From assembly GCF_006345805.1 (NCBI RefSeq), contig NC_043002.1, forward strand, positions 119,350,001-119,414,000: a DNA stretch of 64,000 bases, written 5' to 3'. The notes below the pieces were generated by a model that worked only from the letters and a program-made list of their open reading frames with translations, was not told where the DNA came from and made no database searches. Position 1 is the first letter of the stretch. Each line of letters starts with the position of its first letter. Of the stretch, positions 12,916 through 26,748 are shown one piece after another. The DNA is from Octopus sinensis. Its lineage: Eukaryota. The translations under genes were made by a program, and so were the position numbers.

Positions 12916-14971
12916 TCATAACCTTTATTTACCGAGTAATTAGGGGTTGAAAAGGCTTCCAGTAGAAAGCCTTGCAATATTTATTCTGGATTTCTGTTTT
13001 CAAATCTCATCAATATCACAGTTGTCTTTCATCCTTTCTGGATTAGTAAAATACCAGTTTATGGTGATGGACTGGCGGAGTTATTTGAATCCAAATGACA
13101 TGTGTGGTATCTCTTGCAGCTGCTTGAATTCTGAGTTGAAATTTCATCTAAGGTGTTTAAATCCCATTGATGTCAATGTAGCCGTCATTCAAACCTTGAA
13201 AGAATGTGGTAAACATAGCCAACAATAGACTTCGGCACGGTCATCTGTCTGGATTTAACACATGTCCCTCTTCTCAGCATTTCAGCGCATTTGTATCATA
13301 TATACAGAAATTTTGAAAGTCCAGATAGTGTGGGAATCATTACACTCATCAAATTCTAAAGTGAATGTCCTCAAGAAAACTTGGAAACTTTGGAAACAAT
13401 CAAGGAAACGGGAAAACGTAGGCGCCAACGAGGTAAGTCGTAAAATGGGAGTAAGGCCAAAAATTTTAATGAACAATGACGGCAATTAGTAAATTTCTAA
13501 ATGACTAATTCTGGCCAACAAGGAAGGGGAAATAACGTCTGAATTTTAGTAAATTAAAATAAATTAAATACACGATACAGTGGAAAGGGAATTTGATTTT
13601 TGATAATCTTATTTCGGTCTCATGTAGTATTGTTAGAGCGTTGAACAATGCCTTTCGATATTTGTTCCTGTTCTTAGGTTCTGAATTTAAATTGCACTGA
13701 TACCAGCTTTGCTTTGCCGTTCATCCTTCCGGAGTCAAGAAAATAAAGGACCATTACGGAATCTCGGAAGGGTAGAAACATGGATCAGCATGTGTCGTAA
13801 CTAAATACAACAAAGCGTTTGTCTGGCGTTCTAAGGGTACATCCAACCCACCCTTAGCTCTCGCCTTGACTATTATTATTTCTGAGTCAATGTTTGTATG
13901 TGGATAATGTAACATGTGACTGTGATATTGATATTTAACTTTCAGGTCAGATGAGATAACCATGTTCCAGCCGTGGTTTTTAGACTACATTATCTAATTT
14001 TACCTTCATCTAATTCGCTTGCCAGCACTTTGAAGGACATTTTGTTGCTAGTTCTAGCAAGTCAAGAGACCACATAAAGGCCGTTTAGATTTTTCTTACA
14101 TTATATCTGTGATTGCTTACACCCCACCCCTAGTCAGACGTTATCTATAACACCAATGACAAATGGTTTTCCTGCGTTATTCAGTTTTTCGAGTAGTACT
14201 AGAGAAGCAACCAAATCTTCTAGGATCACATCATCCCCTGTACATTTTCCTTTTAAGATTTAAAGGTTTAACTAGGCTGCTCTAACGACAATGCAGAGGC
14301 CCTCTTATGGGCGACATATTGGAAGAGGGACAGTAGTAACTTTAATAGTTTATTAGGAGAGGCAGTTTTATTGTGATTTATGGGACTTCATTTTAGTGTT
14401 TAGATCGAAGCTAATTTCGATTCATTAAGCAAACGTATAATCAAAAGCCTATTTCATCTATATTTATCATGCCACGTTTATTTTTGTGTATCATGGACTG
14501 AATTATCCATTGTATACTCCCGAGTTTAATAGACGTGTTTATTTTGAGGGCTATTCAGCTGTTATTTGTAGCAGGTCAAAGGACCAGGTAATGGCTCGCC
14601 TATTTGTTCAACCTCATTTTGTTTCATCAACAATTTTATTATTCATATTATCATTTTAAGCAACTGAAAATCAAGGAAGATTTAAACAATAGAATTTGTG
14701 TTAATTGCTTACAAAGTTTTGGCCAATACTTGCTAGAATTCATTCTTAAGTCCTCTCTTATTCCTGACGAATACTGAACAGATGGGTTTTGAACAAATGA
14801 CATTGTTTAATCGGAGTCTAATCACAAATGTGAAAATCGTTCCTTTCATTATTGATGACAAAAAATTAAACCTATTTTATTGTTTAGAAAAATAAATATG
14901 GTCCATTATCAAATCATGATGCAGTACATTTATATCAAGTGTCTGTAAATTATACATATATATGTATATAT

Positions 14972-15024
<53 letters not shown>

Positions 15025-15025
15025 T

Positions 15026-15250
15026 TCCTTTACTCTTCTTGTACTTTTTCAGTCATTTGACTGCGGCTATGCTAGAGCATCACCTTGAAGGGTTTTTAGT
15101 TGAATGAATCGACCCTAGGTCTTGTTTCTTAATCCTAGTACTTATTCTATCGGTCTGTTTTGCCGAACCGCTAGATAATGGGGAGGTAAATACATCAACA
15201 CCGGTTGTCAAATGGTGATGGGGGACAAACACAAACACAAAGACACACAC
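15026..15250 (-). mobile_element. SINE family A, 3' half, diverged
   Basis: TTTCAGTCATTTGACTGCGGCTATGCTAGAGCA...GACAAACACAAACACA matches the family A 3' half. Confidence 0.85.
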
Positions 15251-15289
15251 ACACACACATAGATATGTATATATATATATATATATAAT

Positions 15290-15321
<32 letters not shown>

Positions 15322-15724
15322 AATATATATATATATATAATATATATATATATATCTATATATATAATATATATATAATATATATATATATATCTTAACA
15401 ATAATTATAACGATATAGAGTATGGAGACTTGTTCATTCTCAAAATAAGATATGTTACGTCACCTATTTGTTATGTCACGCTTTGTATTAGGAAATAAAC
15501 TATAAATGTAGTCCAATCGAATGTGTTTGTTAATCTGAGATTTTCACCATTTTCTTATTATTTGCATTGGCTCCTGATAAACTCTTGTTTATCCTGTTAT
15601 TACCTGTACTCTACGTGCACGGTGTGCTTACACACCAAATGCCCGGGATAATACGGGTAACGGATACCGATAGTACATACAGATATTTTATCCCTTAGTC
15701 GGTTACTAACTCTGTTTACAATAT

Positions 15725-16345
15725 ATATATTTACTATCGCTTCTCTGTCTATCTCTCTCCCTCTCTTGTTCTTAATCCTTTCTTGTTTTCTCTCCCACCC
15801 TTCCTTATTCTTCTCCTCTCCTCTTCACCGTTCCCTCTCTCTCACTCCTTCTCCTCGACTCTCTCGTCGCTGACACGTGACGAAAGATAATCTGTATTTC
15901 TGCTCACAACCTTTGTAAAGAAAAAACGTGCTTATACTGTCTCCGTCATAAGTCTTCCTTGCGTTCAAAAATATTTTTTCTATCGTCTTGGCTTAACAGC
16001 CCTCACTGTTTGTTTTATACTGTTTTGTTATCACTGTCCTGTTCTTGTTACCACTTTCACCCTCCGCAAAAAATTCCAAATTTTATTTAATTTGCTTTGC
16101 GGGAAGGACTGTTTCAATGAAGTCGTGTCTTGTCCTTGCCTTCGAACGTGGAGTAGATGAAACAGGAACAACTAAAGAAGAGAAATATTCTTTATGTTGT
16201 ATGTCTCGTTGCTCCGTTTTTTTCGTTGTTCGAAAAAAAAGTTCATTTCTATGTTCTTGTTTTTCTGTTTTCGTTTCTCATTGTGTTCAACGTTTTTTTA
16301 TGTCCTGTACCCATATATGCATGTATATATACATATATATGTAGG
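15725..16345 (+). mobile_element. Unclassified interspersed repeat in a TA microsatellite (family G)
   Basis: Homologous over ~600 bp to the reverse complement of 31130-31775; terminal motif GTCCTGTACCCATATATGCAT. Confidence 0.75.
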
Positions 16346-16446
16346 TATGTACATATATGTATATATGCATATATTTATATATATTTACATTATATATATA
16401 TATATATAATATATATATAAACATATGTATATATATATATATATTA

Positions 16447-16479
<33 letters not shown>

Positions 16480-17296
16480 GTATATAGGAGGAATTACAAC
16501 CGTGTTTCGTGGTCTGCTACCACAACAGCTCCTTTATAGGATCCAGTTAGCTCAAGACATCGTCAGGAGGAACCACGTCCGGTTTCGGCCCCAACTCCTC
16601 TACCGTTTTGGCGTGGCAGGCTCCCCCCTGTGTCTTCAGCTCTGGTGTTGGCTGCATGTCTTCTTTCTTCTGTTCCCTGGCCTCTTCGATGTATCGTCAG
16701 CGAGTGTTAGTCGGTGACTGACTGTTTGTATACAAACATACATACATACGTAAAACATATATGAAGTTAATTTATTCCTTTTCTCGAAATTAAAACTTTG
16801 AATGAAATAATCAGTCAAAGAATTAATATTGACATATAATAATCAGCAGTTTAGTAGTTGACTCATTAATTTCTTTAATCTGTTGAAAATTACCAGCAAA
16901 TTTATTAAGTATATCTATTCATCAGTTTGTTCACTAATTGATGTAGCTGTAGCAGTGAAATATATTAATAGAATGACCTCAATGCCAGAAGGTAGCCCAA
17001 CACAGGCAAGTGAATATAACAAGTTTTTACTGATGTTTTGAATTCTCATGACTGCCATATTTATATTAATATGATCAGATGTTTCTCCAGCTTCTCATAC
17101 AAACGAAATAGAAAAAATATATAATGTAGATTTATTTAAAGCAACGCCTTTTTTGAAAGAAAACGTGGCTATTCAAAGGAGGTCAATACTTATTCAAGAT
17201 ATATTTCTTTAGTGGCATCATTGATTGATTGAATACGGCGAACATCAGAGGAGCTATTAAGAAATTTAACTAATACACCAATTATCTATCTGTCTG

Positions 17297-17507
<211 letters not shown>

Positions 17508-19369
17508 ACATACACACACATAATATATATATATATATGTATGTATGCATGAATGAATGTATGTATGTGTTTATGTATGTATGTGTTTATGTATGCATGT
17601 ATATATATATATATGTATGGATAAAAATATATATGTCAGTGCATATGCACATGAGTGCATGTTAGTGTGTGTGCGAGCGTGCGTATGAAGTAAGATAGAC
17701 ATTGATATGAAACCACACGAGTAATCTTCCAGAGCTATTTTCCAGAAGTGCGCTTTTAGCAGATATTTTTCCTGCTCTCCTTGTCTAATGTAGGAATATA
17801 ATCAAATATGATGCTAAGTAAATGAATAAGATGAGATGAAAAGAAATTACGAATCAAAAGCGAAAAAAAATCCCTTGCCTTGAAGAACACTCCTTAAAAA
17901 TGATTCTAGTTCAACCATTATTTTTTTCCATTATCCCATTTGGAATTTTAAAAAAATCAAACAAACTTGCAGGCACTGCACTTCTCTGTAATAGACACAA
18001 AAACATACTCACACGTCCATACGCACGATTATTGAAGTTGGGATTGCATTTGCGACTGCTTATTATAAACGAAAAGATTAAATATCCCGCAAGAAAATGG
18101 TTGATTATTATCGTTATTCATCTTTAAGCCTTTGTAGACGAGGAAGAGATGGGTGTACATTTGAGAAATCTTTAGATATGTGCTTTAGGTGTCATAATAT
18201 ATATATTTTTATGTGTGTGTCTGCATGTGTGTGTGTGTATGGTTTCTGTTTTCAATTTAAGGCTTTAGGATGGATGATAAAATGATGAATTAGCTATTTA
18301 ATTTTATAGCCGCTGTAGAAAAATTGGATCCCAGGAAGGATCGCCCGATCCAATCATAGCACACGGTATAATGCTTAAGAATATCATTATTGTGTGGTAA
18401 TACTTGAAAGATTTTTTCAAAATGCGTTTAATTAGAGTGTATAATATATTTCTGGATAAAAACTTGTCACTGAGCAAATTAGAACTCCACCACCTTGCGA
18501 ATATCACACTGTGTTCCTTGATAAATAATTTACTCTGTGACTAATACCGTTCTTGTTGTTCACTCGTCCAGAAGTTATACCTCTGTCATTGTAGACAGAA
18601 ACTAATGATGATCTAGTAAATAACTTGGCAAATGGCCAGAGACTCGTATATCTTCTGTGGTGCTGAGTATGTATATCACAAAGATATTTATGTCGCAGAT
18701 AATCCAATTAATTTAACGGTGCATAGGTATCGTATTATAAGAATATTTCCCTATTGAAAACTACCATAAGACTGTAACATCGACAAATAATTTGTTAGAT
18801 TACAGAATTGTGTTGAACCTGTGAGTGGCTGATACTGGAATCAGTTTGGTCTTTGCCAAATTGACTAAATAAATATGATGATAAAAGCAATTTTCAGTGT
18901 TTTTCCAATGATCAAAGAAGCGACCTGTATTCAACATTATCATCAATGTAGATGAATTGTCTATAGATTCTGTGCTTTTGTCGTTCTAATTAAAGGAGAA
19001 GCGGAGTCACTTTACAATCAATTCACCCTTTAATTAGAATTGAGTGTTTCAGAAAACACAACAAAATTATCTCTATATGATATAATGCTACGTGCACATG
19101 GTAAGATATTTAAAACGTTAATCAAATACGATTCTTGACGCGACTTTAAAATCTTCCAGATTTATCTGAGTGCTAGGGTTATTGATATTTAGTCCTATAA
19201 CATATTTAAAGAAACTCAAGTAAAAATGGTAATTCCTTTGGATGAGATTTCAATATTAGGATGAAATATGCGTTTCTCTTACGCACAAGCGGAAAAATAT
19301 TACTCAAATTATGAAAAGTCATACTTATTTCAAATTTTAGCACAAAGTCAGTAATTTCGCGGCTAACAC

Positions 19370-19518
19370 TGCTCAACTGGCACTTATTTTATCGACCCCG
19401 AAAAGATGAAAGGCAGAGTCAACTTTGGTGGAATTGGAACTCAGAACGTGAAAACGGACGAAATGACACTGAACATTTTGCCTGGCATTCTAACAATTCT
19501 GTCAGCTCACCGCCTTAC
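19370..19518 (-). mobile_element. SINE family D, diverged 5' part
   Basis: TATCGACCCCGAAAAGATGAAAGGC...GAACTCAGAACG...CAGCTCACCGCCTT. Confidence 0.8.
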
Positions 19519-19757
19519 TATGATAGTCATATTAACTTCAAGGACAGGTGGAAACATTTTCCCAGGTAAAATAGCTATAACTCTGAATCTGCATCACAGA
19601 CTCTTTTTGTTGAGATCTTATTATATAATGCTATAAATCAATAAAGTTCTATTTTCTCATTAAACCACAAAATTTTTAATGTTTGGTGCTAATTATGAGG
19701 TAAAGCGATGCGCGGAGAATAGCGTCTCATGTCTAGAGAAACTATACAGTGTTTGTA

Positions 19758-19987
19758 GGCGGCGAGCTGGCAGAAACGTTAGCACGCCGGGCGAAATGCT
19801 TTGCGGTATTTCGTCTGTCGTTACATTCTGAGTTCAAATTCCGCCGAGGTCGACTTTGCCTTTCATCCTCTCGGGGTCGATAAATAAAGTACCAGTTTCG
19901 CCCTGGGTCGATGTAACCGACTTAATCCCTTTGTCTGTCCTTGTTTGTCCCCTCTATGTTTAGCCCCTTGTGGGTAGTAAAGAAATA
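19758..19987 (+). mobile_element. tRNA-derived SINE family D, full length
   Basis: GGCGGCGAGCTGGCAGAA...GAGTTCAAATTCC; central GCCTTTCATCCT..GGGGTCGATAAA.AAGTACCAG; tail AAAGAAATA; 15-bp TSD TATACAGTGTTTGTA at 19743-19757 and 19988-20002. Confidence 0.95.
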
Positions 19988-20161
19988 TATACAGTGTTTG
20001 TAGGGGTCTGAATCTTAGAACTGTCATAGTTCAGGACCGTAAATATCTTTGATATAAGGTATGCCTACCTCGCCCTGTGTGTTCGGTAAACAACATCGTT
20101 CAGTAATTGTTGTTTTTCCTTTTCTGATTCTGGGTGTTTCCAATAGCTTCGCTCTTCAAAT

Positions 20162-20379
20162 TTAATCCTTTAACATTTAAACCGGCCAAAATATTCCACC
20201 TGTTTTATGTTCAAAATGGCCAGATCTGGCCTCTCTTACCAACCCAACAACACCATTCTAAAGATTACCAGTTACCTTATCAAAATCTCAAAGCTACAAG
20301 AGAATGCATGATTAATACAAAAGAATGAGAATAAATAGGCATTACTTATGATAGAAGAATGTGAATGCTAAAGGGTTAA
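20162..20379. mobile_element. piggyBac-like MITE
   Basis: TTAA at both ends (20162-20165, 20376-20379); TIRs TTAATCCTTTAACATT / AATGCTAAAGGGTTAA match at 14 of 16 positions. Confidence 0.7.
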
Positions 20380-20914
20380 AGAGCAAAGTAGTAATGGAAA
20401 AATAATAAGAACCACATAGATTTTAACAGCGAAAATTTTATTAAAAGTTCTTCAGAAATTCAAAAGATTTATTCCACTAGTTGCCTTAGCTTCGTAAAGT
20501 AACACGTATACCGGCACATCACACGGTCATAAGAAAACCTGTAATCGCAACAACAGAACACACATACGTACATGCATGCATACATACATAAACATATGTG
20601 TGTATTTACCCCAATGTGTCCGTGTATGCAAGCATAGGAACACAGACAATGCTATTTGGTTAAGAAGTTCGCTTCGAATCTCATGCTTTCTGGGTTCTTC
20701 TACTCTATTGTGTCTTTTGCTCTATTGAAATAAAATTACTATTATGCATATTCACGAACAAAATACTAAAAACGGACATAGAAACAGTTAAATAAAATGA
20801 ATAAGTATAAATACATTCGGATGGACATCACTATATTCATATATTTACATTTATGTGTCTTCCTGTTTTGAGTGAGAGATTTGAAAAGCCCCTTTGAATT
20901 GGTGACCGGTGAAA

Positions 20915-21175
20915 TATTATATTATATATTATATATTATAATATATTATTATATATTATTGTATATGTTTTGTAATTTAAATTGGGTGTGAAGTGAAACA
21001 ATTGTAGGCAATGTTAATTAATTAATAAATTCATTTATATCCATTGAATCTCTACATCATGAAACTTATATATATCTATATATATATATATATACACACA
21101 TACATATGTTGATGTTTATATGTCTAATGTATCAAGAAATCTTTTTTCCAGTATCCCTCTCTCTTGGTGTTTCGA
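20915..21175 (+). repeat. Copy of a ~270-bp segment also present at 23886-24173
   Basis: Near-identical sequence differing mainly in TA-tract length and a few SNPs. Confidence 0.9.
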
Positions 21176-22350
21176 GAAAAGCCCCTTTTCACCGGTCACC
21201 AATACTTGACTGCCACAACGTCTTTAACATGCCAACACCCAACATACCTAACACACGCTTCTTCTGTTCCTTCGTTCCCTTCACAGTCTACTCTTCCCCA
21301 AAATAGAAACATTTTGTTCCTTCCGTTATTTTCTATTTCTTAAACTGCATTATTTCAAATTTCTTGTTTCTCACAGTTATTTCTTCTCCGTGGATTTTAC
21401 AAGAATGTTTATGCTTGTTATCTCTCCTCCTTTTTCGATTTTACCATTTCTTACTATTCCCTGGATATCGACTACTTTCTCCGGACATTTATCATTGTGT
21501 GACTTTTACCAATTTAAAAAAAAATTTCTTTTCTTTACAGACTCCGTACCTTTTTCTTTCTACTTCAAATTTTAGTTTAAAAATTCCCCTTTATTAGAAA
21601 CTATTTTCACGCCCCTTCACACTTTTCTTTTACACTTGCACTCACATCAACAACACTTTCCACGTTGTTCTTGCCTCTTGCCAACCCATCTGCTTTACCA
21701 ATATCTTTATTCACTCATTCGCGCACCTGCTCTTACCTCATTGCAAATATTCTTTTACACCACGCACCGATTAATTACATAGACACAATATCCCGCACCC
21801 TAATAACCAACGCTGCCATACTCACATCTTTCTATACTCATACACCACACTGACGTGCACAGCGTACACATTACCTGCTTTCAGGCAAATGTATACCTTT
21901 ATACTTCCATTTACACACCCACCTCTTTCTCCTTCCTTAACTCATCTGATAAAATAGCATTTTTACTAGGTTTCAAACACGCAACCTTCTATTTCTCACT
22001 GACTATTTTTCTTTCTTGCTCATTTTATACTTCTGTATTTTATTTGTTCTAAAGAAAGACTAATACTCGAAAGGTTAAGTTAGTATCTCTTCCCATTAAA
22101 AGTGTTAAGCAAAAATATTATTTGTCAAACTCTGTGCCTTCCATGTTATCCATTTATCCATTTTATTATTATTGTATTTATACTGTGTGTATGTGTGTGT
22201 GTGTGTGTATGTGTGTTTGTGTATGTGTATTTGTTAAGTATTTTCAGCTAAAATGTAGAGATGGAAAATGAAAGAGATAATATCGAATATATATCACACA
22301 CATACACATACATGTGCGCGCATACATACACATATGCATATTCATATTGG

Positions 22351-22390
<40 letters not shown>

Positions 22391-23364
22391 AGTGTTTTAG
22401 GGAAAGAAGAAACACATATCTCTAGCTTCAAGTGTGGAACCAGAAAACTATGTGAATGTATGTAATGAGAAATGTTGAGTGTTGAGTTAATGTATCACGA
22501 AGCAAATTAACGTTTCTACGAAAGAAAATCAAAACAAGTTGGATCAATAAAATTGCAAGCTATTTCATTGACACATGAAATAACTTTGTTGCGGCGTGGT
22601 GGCTGATGAATCGTCTGCTTTGTCCAATTTTATATGAAACTTTACTATGAAGGATTATCCTTAATATTATTTTAAATTAAAATAAACTTACTTTTTGACA
22701 GCTTTTCTTAACTTCCTTATCTTTCTTGTCATAATGTTTTTTTATTGGTTTTTAAGTACTTTACATCGCATTAGTTTAGACAAATAAAAACAAGAAATAA
22801 AAAACAAAAAATTGATACGATAATCATTTTCTAAATACAGCGGTGATTAGGGATAATCCAACAACGATGCGCATGCGTTACTTGATGTGGCTGTGAGTAT
22901 GAGATTTCATCTAAAGAAGTAGAACGCTAGAGAAGAGTTGCTAGGTTGCATTAGTTGAAGCATAAATGATCTTTCAAGTTAGATTCTATGGAAATTTCCT
23001 CCTCCCATACAGATAAGTTATTGATTTCTTTTCTCAATAACTGCGAATAGTAAAAGTTCGATCGAAAGAAATCACAATCACTTGAATTAATCAAAGATTG
23101 AGAATATCCGTATATTTCAGAGATCGCATTCTTCAGTTACTTTTCCAGATTTCCATATCTGAAAAGCTTCTTTCACCCCTTTATACTTTGTGATTATGAG
23201 TTGACACGGGAGGTCAGAAAAAGCATCGCAATGAAGAAAAAGGAAGGGCTTTTTGATAACCTGAACTTCTCACTTAAGAGACTGACAGGCAGACCGAAAA
23301 ACCATACAGATAGAAATATTGTCAGGAAGGAAAATACCTTCTTAGACGTTACGATATATGTATG

Positions 23365-23396
<32 letters not shown>

Positions 23397-23540
23397 TTCA
23401 AACACACATATATTCAAACACACATACGTTAGATATATGTATTTAAGTATATGTACAATATATATATATATGTATATATAAGTAATACTAAGCAATTAAG
23501 GGTACCCTTTATTGTTACTGAATAACCGTATATGTATAAA

Positions 23541-23573
<33 letters not shown>

Positions 23574-23701
23574 TATATATATATATATACATACATACAT
23601 ACACACACACAACATACATACACACACACATACACACACATATGTATAAAAGAGTATGGGTCTAGATGTGCGGATATATATATTATATATACACACACAC
23701 T

Positions 23702-23736
<35 letters not shown>

Positions 23737-24012
23737 AATATATATATATCCATATATATATACAGAGAGGGAGAGAGAGAGAGAGGGAGAGTCTGTTGGA
23801 GTATTTCAACTGATCAAAACGTAAACTCTGTAATGTCCATTTTGGCATGAATATCTTCCAGCGAGTATACTCAAAATGCAAACTTAAATATTATATTATA
23901 TATTATTGTATATGTTTTGTAATTTAAATTGGGTGTGAAGTGAAACAATTGTAGGCAATGTTAATTAATAATAAATTCATTTATATCCATTGAATCTCTA
24001 CATTATGAAACT

Positions 24013-24046
<34 letters not shown>

Positions 24047-24200
24047 ATATATATATAATTATATATATATATTATATATAATATATATACACATACATAT
24101 GTCTATGTTTATATGTCTAATGTATCAAGAAATCTTTCTTCCAGTATCCCTCTCTCTTGATGTTTCGAGAAAATTAATTACATATATATGTATACACACA

Positions 24201-24407
<207 letters not shown>

Positions 24408-24473
24408 ACTATCTATCTGTATATATATAGTAACTGCTTTCTTGTATACGAGCAAAGCCATTGTTAGAAATAA

Positions 24474-24800
24474 TCATTGAAATGAGCCATTAATGATGCA
24501 ATGTGAGGCCTTTTTATGACTCTTGAGCCCGCCGAAATACTTGTACATTCTATTGCATAATGCACAGCTGTGGCAGCTGGCAGAAGCCACGGGTTCTACA
24601 GTATGAACTCTTCTGACATGCCTGTTCAGTCTTTCAACTGAAAGGCGCACCTTTCCACAGGTTGCGCATGTTCTGTTGTGAACAATAGCCATATCACGAT
24701 TTATATTGGGTTGATTCCTGTGAGTTCTTTGATGGTTGTCCAGGCCTGCGCGACTCAAGCATTTTCCCCCACAAATCACACGCATAAAAAGCAACACTCC
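24474..24800 (-). pseudogene. RTE-type LINE C-terminus with three C2H2-like zinc fingers
   Basis: (R/C)VICGGKCLSRAGLDNHQRTH; CATCGKVRLSVERLNRHVRRVH; CALCNRMYKYFGGLKSHKKASH. The first finger matches the RTE/BovB terminal motif CxxCGxxCxSRxGLxxHxR, with its first Cys read as CGT at 24782-24780. Confidence 0.65.
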
Positions 24801-24884
24801 CTCATTTGCTACAAGTTCCTTTTTCTAAGTCTTCTCGTGCTTCATTTTGTCTCTTTTAATCTTCGAACAACCATCGCTTCATAC

Positions 24885-25497
24885 TCAACCTTTCACAACT
24901 CCAAGTATCTTATTCCACACCCTCACTCTATATTCCATCTCCTCAGCCAACCGACCATCCGCCGTCACATGTGACCCCATATACTTAAAAATACTCACCG
25001 TCTCTAACATCTCACCATTTATACTCACATCCATCCTACCAGCCATTTCATCTCTCAAACATCTCATCACCTTACTCTTGGTTACATTCACTTTCAGCTT
25101 CTTCTTTCACACACTCTTCCAAACCCTAACACCATTCTCCGTGGCTGTTCTTCTGAATTCTCCACAAGTGCAGTATCATCATGAAACAACAACTAACTCC
25201 CTTGCCATTTCTCTCCCTTTTCTCCTACCTTTTGGGCTCCCCTGTTAAGGGTTCTAGCATTTATCTTTCTCACCACACCATCTATATATAAATTAAACAG
25301 AGCCACGGAGACATTACACAGCCCTGTCTTAACCCCACCTTCACATCAAACCACTTACTTCACCACCTATCCTAACACATGCTCTACTTTCTCTATAAAA
25401 ACTCTGAACAGCTCTCAACATTCTACCATCTACTCCATACAACCGCAACACCTGCCACATTGCATTCCTATCCACTTGGTCATATGCCTTCTCTAGG
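24885..25497 (-). pseudogene. RTE-clade LINE reverse transcriptase fragment
   Basis: LEKAYDQVDRNAMWQVL..YG, GLRQGCVMSPWL/FNLYIDGV, LLFHDDTAL, KLKVNVTKSKVM, FKYMGS, with frameshifts and a stop. Confidence 0.9.
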
Positions 25498-26337
25498 CCC
25501 ATATATATAAAATACACAATAACTACAGGACATCAACGAGTGAAAAATACGTAAACACACGAGAGATATGTACAGGACAAAATACCAAAAGAAGATAACA
25601 CCGCGTCAGTTGTCGACTGTTTTACTGCTCTTTATTTCATGCTTTCAACGACAAGATAGGAAAACTTCAAAAGACAGCAGCATCCCGAATTTTAAAAAAA
25701 CATAGAATTTGAGCAGAGTTAGGACTTCGAACAAACGACAACAACAGAGTGAACGTTCAGAGTAAACAATCGACGAAGACAAATATTAAGGGCCGTTATG
25801 CCAAGACGAATTCTCATGGGTAAAACCTGGGAGAAATTTTGAAAGGTAGGCCCCGAAACGGCGCGCATTCTCTCCTGATGACCCCATACACTTGCTAGCT
25901 TCCGGTATACGGAGCTTTTAACTGGTAGCACTTGCATGTGCAAGTTGTTTGCAAGACATCTAGAATAAATAGAAGCGTATATATATATATATATATATAC
26001 AAACATACAAACATACACATACAAACATATATATGTATATGTGTGTGTAATATCTATGCACTCACACTTCGTCCATTCAATAGGTTTCCACATAGTTTCC
26101 ATCTAACGAAATCTAGCGAATGAATTTTCGTAATAGGAAGTGTGTAGAAGTCTGTTGAATGGAATGCACTAGTATTCAACCTTGTCGCATGTTGTGTGAC
26201 ACTGGTTTTACCTAGGAATTACGTTAAAAGACCACGAATCTTAGGATATTGAGGTTAATTCACAGGTTAATTCAATGGATAAGTTGTGCTGTTGATGAAA
26301 CAACTCGAAGCTGATACTGCGAGATGGGCCGGTGAGG

Positions 26338-26490
26338 CTACACACACACACACATACACACACCACACACACACACCACACCACACACACACACAACCAC
26401 ACACCACACACACACACACATACACACACACACACACAACACACACACATACACACCACACACACACACACACACACATACACACATACA

Positions 26491-26522
<32 letters not shown>

Positions 26523-26528
26523 TACACA

Positions 26529-26594
<66 letters not shown>

Positions 26595-26680
26595 ACACCA
26601 CACACACACAACACACACACACACACACACAATACACACACACACACACCACACACACACACATACACACATACACACAC
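26338..26680. repeat. Imperfect (CA)n microsatellite, ~340 bp
   Basis: Direct reading. Confidence 0.95.
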
Positions 26681-26748
26681 GTATATGAGACAGGGTATAA
26701 ATACTCATTCCTCCAGCATCTTACCATTTATACTCACATCCAGAGTCG

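Noticed and set aside
16500-16710. Minus-strand LTL..DD.IEEAREQK, resembling a NeSL/Hero RLE end
   Set aside because: Too short and frameshift-dependent to call.
18304-18507. GDPSWDPIFLQRL, resembling COX1 GGGDPILYQHL (possible numt)
   Set aside because: The similarity is limited to a few residues, with no flanking COX1 match.
21204-22050. Possible decayed L1/Tx1 3' region on the minus strand
   Set aside because: Only vague zinc-knuckle and VWQ-like traces; not diagnostic.
22866-22900. GCGCATGCG (NRF1-like) next to GTGAGT as a promoter or first exon
   Set aside because: A single short motif with no CpG-rich context or transcript evidence.
23201-23446. ORF containing FLDVTI (PLE RT-like)
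   Set aside because: An isolated hexapeptide running into microsatellite, with no other RT motifs.
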